64,000 nucleotides of DNA from Geosiphon pyriformis uo1 (lineage: Eukaryota; Fungi; Glomeromycota). The stretch is taken from positions 604,924 to 668,923 of the forward strand of contig JAAOMT010000514.1 in assembly GCA_016748015.1 (NCBI GenBank). The letters run 5' to 3'. Each line of letters opens with the position of its first letter. Position 1 is the first letter of the stretch. The translations under genes were made by a program, and so were the position numbers. A model generated the notes under the pieces. That model searched no databases, was not told where the DNA came from, and worked only from the letters and a program-made list of their open reading frames with translations. Below, in pieces: positions 53,801-64,000 of this stretch.

Positions 53801-55310
53801 TAGTTTGACCATTTTGAAGTCTGATGTGTTCTTCTCTGTGCAGGATGGTCTACATGGAATTTGGTCTGGCTGTTTTGAGGCGTATACAGATGGGTCTTTG
53901 AAGGGGGCTGGGTCTGCTGATGTGTCAAGTGGTGCGGCTGCATATTTTCTAGCTCTGGAATTGGGTATTGGAGTCAAAGTTTGTGGCCTTTTGTCCTCTA
54001 CTATGGCAGAGTTGCAGGCTGTTGCTCTGGCTTTGGAATGTGTTCCCTCATCTAGTTCTGTGGTGTTGTATCTTGACAGCCAAACTGTTATTGATGCATG
54101 CATTTCTGAAATGTTGCTTGAGGTTCCAGATTTCCGCAGTTGCTGCTGGATTAAAAAAAGACATATTTCAACTTGATTAGAGATAAGGATCTTAGAGTGA
54201 GTTAAATCAAAGTCAAAGGTCATGCTGGTGTTCTTGACAATGTAGAAGCTAATAGATTTGCTGATAAGGCTGTCTGCTCCTCTTTTGTTTTGCTGATGAG
54301 AGTATGAGAGTGTTTTTTGGTGGCTGATGACACAGTGGTTTTGGGCAATGCCTGCCACTTTGTTAGGAATGTGTTTAGATCTGTTTGTTGTGCTCGTTGG
54401 GAGGCTGGTCCTGGTCGGAATATGGTTTCGGCTGACATGTTGGAGGATTTTGATTGAGCTGCTTCTGCAAAGGTCTGGCATCTTGACTCATACATGCTTG
54501 CTGGATTTACTAGCTGCAAGTCAGCAGATCTTCGTACATATTTAATGAAGGCGTTACATAAGAAGTTACTGGTGGTGGTTAGAAAGAGACTGTATAACAG
54601 ATGTTACCCAGGTGTTCAGTGTTTGTTGTGTGGTGAAGTGGAGCTGCCAGACCATGTTTTCACTTGTTCACAGGATATTCATATCTGGAGGAAAATTTTG
54701 CTGGAGGCTTTTGCACAATAGATTTCTTTGGTTGGTGTTTGTGACCTGTCTTTTTCTTCAGTTCTTTGGGTCTTTGATTCTTGTCATTTGGACATTGGCA
54801 GATATTCGGTTTTATGTAAAGGTTTTGTGATAAAGGTTTGGTGTGCTAAGACAGCAAGTGTTTTCAACAATGTTAAAAAGACTTCTCATGTTGTGGTTGA
54901 CTTTGTGAAATTTTTGGCTGAGTTGTATCAATCTAAGGTCTGGTTGGTTAGATCTAGGTTCAGGGTGAACATGGAGAAAGCTGGTTTGGTCAGTGACAAT
55001 GGTTTGGTGTTGGGTTTGTCCCATTGTATGTCTTCTGTGCTTTCTGATGGTGTGGTAAAGATGCTTGGCATCACTGAGTCTTTTGCTATCAGTTTTGGCC
55101 GTCTTAGGCCTTGCCTTTTTTTTTCAGGTCTGGATGATAAACTTTGTGTTAATATTAGTGTGTAGTATTGTCTTGATTGGCCTGAGTGGCTAGTCACATG
55201 TTGTTGATGCATGAATTACATTTAGTTTAGGCCACTTAGTTTGGCTCTATGTACTAGATAGCAGTTGGACTTCACTCATTAAATGTTTAATAAAAAAATA
55301 AAAATAAAAA
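47868..55310 (+). mobile_element. LINE copy 5, full length, decayed (5'/ORF1 type A, ORF2/tail type X); spans an assembly gap
   Basis: ORF1 47986-49854 (CGKCGRFGHSILEC knuckle); ORF2 49851-55165 (TCNVWG, TDH, AFVND, YTDGS, KVKGHAG, CLLC). Conserved tail and A-rich end at ~55290-55310. Confidence 0.92.
51719..51738. other. Assembly gap (20 N) with a duplicated contig overlap
   Basis: 51115-51718 appears identical to 51739-52342 on either side of the Ns. Confidence 0.9.
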
Positions 55311-56691
55311 TTAATAATTAATTTAATCATAATTAAATCATAATACAATTCAGTTAAAAAGCTAACAAAACTAAAAAATACTAATAAAAATTTAGAATTA
55401 ATATATATAATATTTAATAATATCAAACTTTGTTATATTCCAAAATTTTTATATATTTTATTTAAATAATTTAATATTTTAAATTTGTAATTATTTTTTA
55501 AAAATAGCTACCAAAAATATAATTAATTAATTTTTGATTATATCAATTATAATTATAATTGATATTATTAATTAAAATTATTAACTTTTAAAAAAATTAT
55601 ATATTAGATAAGTTTAAAATAAATAAATAAATTTAATATATATAAATAATTAATATAATTAAAATAGTAATAATATAATATATAGAGTAATTTAATTATA
55701 TATATAGTTTTTTTGTAAATTAAAAAAAATATTAATTTTATACTAAATCAACTTTTTATTATAGTTTTATTATACATAATAGGTTTTTTTACTTTTTTTT
55801 TTTTTGTTTTGAATATTTTTTTTTATTCTTATATATATTTCTATTTTATTATAAGCAATTTTTTTTAATTATGTTATTTTTCAATATATTATAAAAAAAA
55901 TAATTCTATTATAATTTTATTTTAAATAAATAACATAAAATAATAAAATACTTTATAAAAACATATTTGTTAAATATTTAAGTAATATTTTTATAATTTA
56001 TGTTTATTATTTTATAACTTTTTAATAACTTTTTTTATTCTTATTTTCTAAATTAAATATTTAAACCATATTTTTTTAATAGTTAATTGAAAAAATTTTA
56101 ATGTAATTTTAGTAAAATAATTTAGTTAGTTTTTAATAATTTGATTTGTTTTTTGTGTTTTAAATAAGAATTAATTATTATTATTTTTTATAAAATTTTA
56201 AGCTGGTTCTTATTTAAAAAATAAATATTCATGATTTTATAATTTTTTTATTTTATAAACATTTTTTTATAAATTTTTGTTTTTTTTATATTATTATAAG
56301 TAAATTTTTGAATTTTATTGAGATTTTTTATAACTTGATATTTAAATTATTGTTTAAATAATCTTAAAGTTTTTTAAAAGTTTTTAAAAATAGAGTTTTT
56401 TAAATAATAAATAAAAATTTATAATAATACTTAATAATACTTAGTATTTAATTTTATTAATATAATAATTGATTTTATTTTAATGTTTTTTATTTTTCTG
56501 TTAAACAATCTTAATTTTTTAATTATATTCTATATTTATTTTTGGCATTTTTTACCAAAAAATCTGTAATATTATAATCTTAATATTTTTAATTAATTAA
56601 TTAATTAATAATAAAATAATAAAGAAAAAAATACATAAATTAAAAATTATATATTTTATTAATAATTATAATTAAAAACTATTTTTTAGTA

Positions 56692-57270
56692 TTCAAAATA
56701 TTTCTTTATATTTTGAACCATGTATGCTGTTATATTTATAATAAAATAGTCAATTTTATGTTAATTACATATATAGTTACTTTCTAATAAAAATCAACTT
56801 TTTTACAAAAAAATTTTATTTTTAAGCTTTTCAATTAATATATAATTACTTTGCTGTAAAAATCAACTTTTTTACAAAAAATTTCAATTATAAACTACCT
56901 AATAATATAAAAAAAATATAAAAAAGTAAAAAAATAAAAAATGTGTTTTAAAGATTTGTTTCAAATTCAGGCCTGAAAGTTTTAACAGTTTATTAAAATT
57001 AATAGTTAATTAATTTCACAATATTAATTTCAATTTAGTGAATTTTAAAGTAGCAATAATTAAGAGTTTGAATTCTCAAAATAAGTTTTATTAAATGAAT
57101 TTGTAAAAAAGATGATTTTAAATTGAATTAGAAGATATATTTTCTTGAAAAGTAAAGCTTTTCATTTATACAATTTGTTATAATACTATTCTATAATTTA
57201 ACACTTTTTTTTTTCTAATATTTTGGCAAACTAAAGATACATTTTATAAACTACAAGTTATTTTTATGAA
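56692..57270. repeat. AT-rich dispersed repeat, right arm of the inverted pair; contains an internal ~80-bp duplication
   Basis: Inverted homology to 46612-47215; taaaaatcaacttttttacaaaaaa occurs twice (~56788 and ~56867). Confidence 0.75.
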
Positions 57271-59308
57271 CTATAAGTTATTTTAGTAAACTGTTAAATA
57301 TTTTGTCAAATTCTGAATATTTTGGTAAATTCTTAAATATTACATAGTTTGAAGTATTACATGATCTAATTATTATAATTTAGTTGGATTTGTTTTCTAT
57401 ACAATTCAAATTATTAATTAAAAAATAGAAATATAAGAATACTTTCATGCTAATCAATAGCTCAAATTTCTATTAGTAATAATATTATAATTTTAATACT
57501 TTTTTTAATATAGGATTACTAAGTTTCCAATGTCAATTATCTATTATAATATTCAAATTCAAGATAAAAGACAATATATAACATATAAAGGGAAATAGTT
57601 ATTAAAAATTTTAAATTAAACAAATATTTTTTTATAATTAAAATAAATATTGAAAAATAACCAAGTAAACATGCTTTAATTATATTCAAAAATATTTAAA
57701 TATATTCTTTCGGTTATAAGGAACTTTATTGTTCTTAATATAAATTTCTTTTGAATAATGTTGCTTGCATGCAAAATTACGCAAAGTAATATATAGGAAA
57801 ATTATTGTGTTTTTTATTTTAAAAATTTTCCTAACAATGACTTCCTTCCAACATATATTTTTAGGTTGATTGTTATATGTTAATGCATTTATTACAATCT
57901 TATTTAAAATCTCAATGTACACTGTCTTTTACTTATTTTGGCTTGAACGTAATGCAAATCAAATCAAATAATTTTATATCGAATCCAATTTTGAATTTAA
58001 GATGGCAATTATTTTTAATTAACTTATTTTCAATTTACAAATTTTATAAAAATATATTCAAAAGTTGCTAATTTAAATTTTTAATAATAAATTTTAAAAT
58101 GTAAATAGATATTTCAATTTATATCTTAAATATTTTTTAATATAATATAAAGCATTAATTACTTTTTCAAAGTATTTTTAGTTTTTTATTACAATATTAT
58201 ATAAAAATATAAAAAATATTTGCATAATTCAAAATTTTGAATATTTTATACATGAAAAGCAAAAATTATTCAAAATTAAAATATTTTTATTTTGAAAAAT
58301 TTTAAAGCCTTAAGTACAAAGGGTGGAAATATAATTGGAGCTATAAATTCATTAAAATTTTATAAAAATATTATCATAAAGCCTAAAATGTGACTGTTAA
58401 AATTTTATAAAAGCAAAATCTAATGTTTTAGCATCGAGTTTACAAGATTGGGTTTGATATTTTAGATAAAATCATTTTTGGACAACCATTTCCTTTTTTG
58501 TGTTCTACATTGCATTTTATCTTAAGATGTTAATTGAATCTTGGTAATACTATGTAATTTAAAATCTGAACGGACTCCTTACTTCTAATAATATAATAAA
58601 ATCTGGCTGGGTTTGATATTAGACGGAGATATTTTTGGCTGGTATTACGCAAAATATAAAAGGAAATTGTTTAGGATGAAAATCATATTCTGTTAGATAA
58701 TTACACAGAAAATTAGTTTGAGGTGATACCTGAATCTAATACATGTCTAAATAAAATTACGTAAATCAATTAAAAACATTGCAACACTAATTTTACCTCC
58801 CTAAATTTAAAGTTCTTGAAGACAAGATCACCCTAAACTGCAAGTCTCAATATATCATAAATCAATTAACTTTCAATAAGTAAAAGCAGTAACATGATAA
58901 TCTTAAATCAAATCAACCAAAAATGATAAATAGTCTTTTGTAAGACTAGATATGGGATTTGCACTATGTTTTGTGTTTTTTTTTAAGCCCGTGTTCAGCC
59001 TGGTAGGACTATGAGGTTAAATTTCTTTCCATTGAGTTTATTCTGAACAAAAATTACAAACCTTATAGGCAGCAAAGATGGCAGATGATCTTTATGGCGC
59101 GGAGTAAAATTTCTTAATTTTTTCAACATGCGTAACAAGACACAGATTTTATCCGCTATTCGAGAAAGTATATAAACTCTTTCGACTAAAATCCAAGCAG
59201 CCACTGTTTCTTGGGATTGCTTCATTTCTTTAATCCTACTAAACCTTTGTGTTTAAACAATTATTTATATCGCGCACCCATACCACTTTTGAATTGTATC
59301 TTATAAAA

Positions 59309-60077
59309 ATGTATAAAATTATTTTTTTCTTTATTGCTATTCTTTCATGTTGGTTTATGGTGGACGGCGCTGCTTTAACCCCAGACTGCCAAGCGTGTGC
59401 AAATGGGGATGCCAATCTCCTCACCTGTACTGGTGCTAGTTCGGCTAGTGAAATCACGAACTTACCTAAAGCAACTATATCAAAATGCTTCTGCAAGCAG
59501 TCCTCAATTGATGCATATGCGAGGTAGGCGAACACTTACAGAGAATTCAAGTTCACGGACTGGGTTATTAATTTTACTCATGCATCCTTAAATTCATAAT
59601 AGCTGTTTTAAATGCCCATCATCAGTTGAATATCAATCAACTGATTCTGTTTCAGTATCTGGTAAGCAAATTTAATTGATACATTGTCATCGATTCTCGG
59701 ATATTTCTTAATTTTTGTTATACTTCTTTATAGATGCCATTTCAAACTGCAAACTTTATAACCCAAATATAATTCTAATCGACCCAAATCCAACCAAACC
59801 AACCACAAGTACAAGCAAAACAGCCACAATTCCAACCACCATATATTCAACCACCACATATTCAACCCCAAAGTTAAGCCCAACTTTGACAATTTCACCC
59901 ATATCAAGCAGCACTTTAACCGAGTCAGCTGAAAATGAACCAATCATAACTGTAACCAAAACTACAACTGTAACGCATACCTCCTCTAACGCTAATAATA
60001 CTAAGTTCAACGGCATTCGGACTGATATAGTTGCTGTTTTCCTGTTGATTATTGTCTCGATAATTTTCCTTTTGTAA
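59309..60077 (+). CDS. Secreted 8-Cys domain + Ser/Thr-rich stalk, probably GPI-anchored cell-surface protein (205 aa, 3 exons)
   Basis: Exons 59309-59523, 59603-59661 and 59734-60077 join in frame (618 nt) with GT-AG introns. Hydrophobic signal peptide, CxxC...CxC...CxxC...C, Thr/Ser-rich linker and hydrophobic C-terminal tail. Confidence 0.85.
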
Positions 60078-62424
60078 TTGCCTAAATTTTTTCAGAAGCC
60101 TTAAATTCGAAAGATCTACCCTATAATTTATTAATTTAGTATATTCCAGCTTAGGAGCGTATGCAATTAATATATGGGTGGCCAGTCACGTGTAGAAAGC
60201 GTTTATTATAGAACCTGTATATGTTGTATGTAAGAAAAAGTTTCACATATCGAATTAGTGGGTATCAAACGCTTAAAAATTGAGGGAATATACTTCAAAC
60301 GAACTCTTTATGCGCAAGAATCTACTACTATATATAATTTTTAAATTTTTGATTTCAACTATTATTAGCAGATGTATAAACTGTCAAATATTATAAATAA
60401 CAATTACAAATAATAATATAAATTATAAAAATTCAAATGTTAACCAATTTAATATTATTATTTAATTCTAAATATTGATTAGAAAATTCTATCATTTTTT
60501 TTTCTAAAATTATTTGGCTTTTTATTTTTCTTTTTCAAAAGTTATCAATTTCCTGTTATATTTGTTAAAAGCATTACAAATAAGACTTTGGTAAATGAAA
60601 TTAATAATATTTATAAATTAATTGTTAATTAAAGCTTTTAATAATTTTTTTTTATTTGTTGTTTTTTTTGTTTTTTATCAAAAATTATATTTGGAAATAT
60701 TACAAATATCAATATAAATATGTTTATTTATTAATTTTATTATTTGTAAATAAAAACAACAATCAATTTTGGTTTATTTAATAAATTAATTTATAAGTTT
60801 AAATTATGTTTTAATTTACTTTAGAAATTAATAATTAAACTTTTTTATTAAATAATAATAAAAAATTTAAAATAAAATTTTTTAATAATTTAGTCTTATA
60901 GAGTTTATATTTACAACCAGGGTAAAAAAACAATCGTTATTTTTGTTGACATAACCAAAAAAAATTTAAAAAGTAATACCAGTTAAACATAAAAATATCA
61001 TAAGAATATTTCTTTTAAATAACACAAATATAAAACATTTTCTTTTTTTATTAGTTTTTTTATAAAAGTATTATTAAGAAATTTTTCAAAAAGAACTTTA
61101 AAATTGTTTTTACTACTCAAAAAAACTTTAACAAAAATCTCAATAGCTTTAATAATTTTTTCTTAAATAACAAAAAAATATTAGAAAAGGTTTTTTAATA
61201 ATAACAACAATTAATTTTTAAAAAATATCATATAATATTTGTTTAAATCTATAAATTTTTTGATAGACATACAAAATTTTGATTAAAATATAACAAAAAA
61301 GCTAAAATAAACTTAATATAATAAGAGCTCAAAAATTTACTTTTAAATTTAATTAAATTAAAAGTAAGTTTTTGGAGTAATATTAAATTAAATGTTTTTT
61401 ACTTATACAAAAACACTCAACTTTGAATAAAATAACTTATTTTTTTATAATTAAATTATTAAAGTATTTTGGTTTAATGATTATTAAACGGTAAAACCTT
61501 GAATACTTAATTTACAACTTTTTTATATTTTATAAAAATTTTCATTTAAGCTACTTTTTATTGGTAAAAAACTGAATTTTAAAGTAGTTTGTATATATTT
61601 GGACAGTAAAGATATGAATTATTTGTTTAATAATAACGTTTTATTATTTTTTTTATAAAAAAAATATATGCTTAAATTCATATTATTTTTATGAATTGTT
61701 TTTGGTTTGTTAAATATATGTTTAATAATTATTAGGCTAACATAAATAGTTTACTTAAGAGTTTTCAATCTCTAAATTTAAACTTGAATTTGGGTATTAA
61801 AATTGTTAATTTTTTGTTATCAATTATAATTAAGTTTTATGCTATTGTTTTGGCTTTAAAATATAATTTTGTGTTTAATAATGTTGAAATTGTTTTAATA
61901 ATCAAATAATTTTGAAATGATCAAGCAAAACAGTATTAATGGTTTTTAAGAATATCTTTGGTTAGAATTTCTTTTAAAAGGTTGCTATTTTATCAAAATT
62001 TTGTATCAATCTTGTAATAATAAGAATTCCGGCATCGAATTTAAGAATTATATAAATTCTAATTGCAATTTACCAATTTACTAATATGAATGAATTTTAT
62101 AACATAGAAAAATATATTTAATAATACAAAACTCATAGTAATAAGGACCATAACTTTTAGGTAAAACCGGACATCCAATCAACTCTCCTTTAACCAATAA
62201 ATTAATAATCTGAACAGCAATAATTAGTTGCAGATACTATATTTGATGAAATAACTAAAATCTTAACTTTTGAGTGAAATTGACCAATGTTCAAAGTACT
62301 AATAAATATCTATAAAAAAATAATAATAATATAATTACTCGTCTGTGAATAATAAGGAATTAAATTAAAGTTAAAAATTACCTCAGCTCTCTATTTAATA
62401 AATAACTTTATATTTTTTGGGGAT

Positions 62425-63890
62425 CTTATTTTTTGGTAGACGTTAACTACATATAGAAATTGTCAATGAAAGACTATAATTGAATATCGCTACCCCAGAT
62501 AATTTTTGAATCTTACCTTACTTTTTATTTCTGGTACGCGTTTGACTATGCACAGAATTGTCAATCATTGAATCCTACTTATTTTTTATTTTTGGTACGC
62601 GTTTGACTTCACATAGAAATTTCAATGAAAAACTCTAATTGAATGTCGCTTCCCCAGAAAATATTAAATCTTAACTTATTTTTTTATTTCTGGTATGCGT
62701 TTGACTATGCACAGAATTGTCAATCATTGAATCTTACTTATTTTTTATTTTTGGTACGTTTGACTTCACATAGAAATTGTCAATGAAAGACTATAATTGA
62801 ATGCTGCTACCCCAGAAAATATTAAATATTACCTTATTTTTTATTTCTGGTACGCGTTTGACTATGCACAGAATTGTCAATCATTGAATCCTACTTATTT
62901 TTTATTTTTGGTACGCGTTTGACTTCACATAGAAATGTCAATGAAAAACTCTAATTGAATGCTGCTACTCCAAAAAATATTAAATCTTAACTTATTTTTT
63001 TATTTCTGGTACGCTTTTGATTACGCACAGAATTGTCAATCATTGAATAGTATTAAATCTTACCTTATTTTTTATTTCTCTTACGCGTTTGACTTCACAT
63101 AGAAATTGTCAATGAAAGACTATAATTGAATGCCGCTACCCCAGAAAATATTAAATCTTACCTTATTTTTTATTTCTGGTACGCTTTTGATTACGCACAG
63201 AATTGTCAATCATTAAATCCTACTTATTTTTTATTTTTGGTACGCGTTTGACTTCACATAGAAATTTCAATGAAAAACTCTAATTGAATGTCGCTTCCCC
63301 AGAAAATATTAAATCCTACCTTATTTTTTATTTCTGGTATGCGTTTGACTATGCACAGAATTGTCAATCATTGAATCTTACTTATTTTTTATTTTTGGTA
63401 CGCGTTTGACTTCACATAGAAATTTCAATGAAAAACTCTAATTGAATGTCGCTTCCTCAGAAAATATTAAATCCTACCTTATTTTTTATTTCTGGTATGC
63501 GTTTGACTATGCACAGAATTGTCAATAATTGAATCTTACTTATTTTTTATTTTTGGTACGCGTTTGACTTCACATAGAAATTTCAATGAAAAACTCTAAT
63601 TGAATGTCGCTTCCTCAGAAAATATTAAATCCTACCTTATTTTTTATTTCTGGTATGCGTTTGACTATGCACAGAATTGTCAATCATTGAATCTTACTTA
63701 TTTTTTATTTTTGGTACGCGTTTGACTTCACATAGAAATTTCAATGAAAAACTCTAATTGAATGCTGCTACCCCAGAAAATATTAAATCTTACCTTATTT
63801 TTTTATTTCTGGTACGCTTTTGACTACATATGGAAGTTGTCAATAAAAGACAATAATTGAGTGCTATTAAATGTTACCTTATTTTTTTTA
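62425..63890. repeat. Tandem array, ~158-bp period, made of two alternating homologous subunits (~61 and ~98 bp); about 9 periods
   Basis: The gactatgcac/gattacgcac anchor recurs at 62544, 62703, 62860, 63019, 63189, 63347, 63505 and 63663, with a diverged match at 63822. There are 17 copies of a ~29-bp core (cttattttttatttYtggtacgcgtttga). Confidence 0.95.
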
Positions 63891-64000
63891 GATTTTCGCA
63901 GTAAATCATCGATAGATCGGGATCCTATTCTTAAATTGATCATTAATCCAATTAAAAGCAAGTAATTCAAGTTTAATATTTGGTTAGATTGGAATGCTAT

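Noticed and set aside
8070-55212. Numerous antisense and alternate-frame ORFs inside LINE copies
   Set aside because: They are by-products of strand compositional bias, with no motifs and no positional conservation between copies.
301-55310. Alternative genetic code or readthrough explaining TGA/TAG at Trp and TAA at Gln positions
   Set aside because: The stops fall at different positions in each copy and are single G>A/C>T changes; the host genes use standard stops.
17554-58071. Short F/L/I/K/N-rich ORFs in AT tracts (17554, 25140, 25837, 26582, 57686, 57877)
   Set aside because: Composition artefacts or pieces of ghost elements.
62425-63890. CRISPR array
   Set aside because: The 'spacers' are two alternating near-identical sequences rather than unique ones. 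No cas genes, and the context is eukaryotic.

Overview
Eukaryotic, AT-rich, repeat-dominated genomic DNA with short GT-AG introns. It is most consistent with a Glomeromycotina/Mucoromycota fungus; the repeat families recall Geosiphon, which is my inference and not verified. About 60% of the window is non-LTR retroelement sequence. There are five full-length (~6.6-7.4 kb) but decayed LINE copies: ORF1 has 3 RRM-like repeats plus a CCHC knuckle, and ORF2 has an APE endonuclease, RT, RNase H and a C-terminal Zn finger, with poly(A) tails and putative TSDs. There is also one 5'-truncated LINE tail, two copies of an ORF1-only non-autonomous retroelement carrying the LINE 3' tail (HAL1-like), and several nearly erased 'ghost' LINEs that account for at least some of the ultra-AT-rich spacers. 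A CpG-retaining gene island (29-36 kb) holds IME4/METTL3, a dysbindin-like BLOC-1 subunit and SGF29. A secreted, Cys-rich, probably GPI-anchored gene lies at 59.3-60.1 kb, and a ~158-bp dimeric tandem array at 62.4-63.9 kb reads on the minus strand as repeated microexon-intron units. The most interesting signals are the ORF1-only element family, the independent assortment of ORF1 and ORF2/tail modules among the LINE copies, a shared 3' hairpin/pseudoknot, the exon-intron satellite, and an end-to-end paired METTL3 intron.
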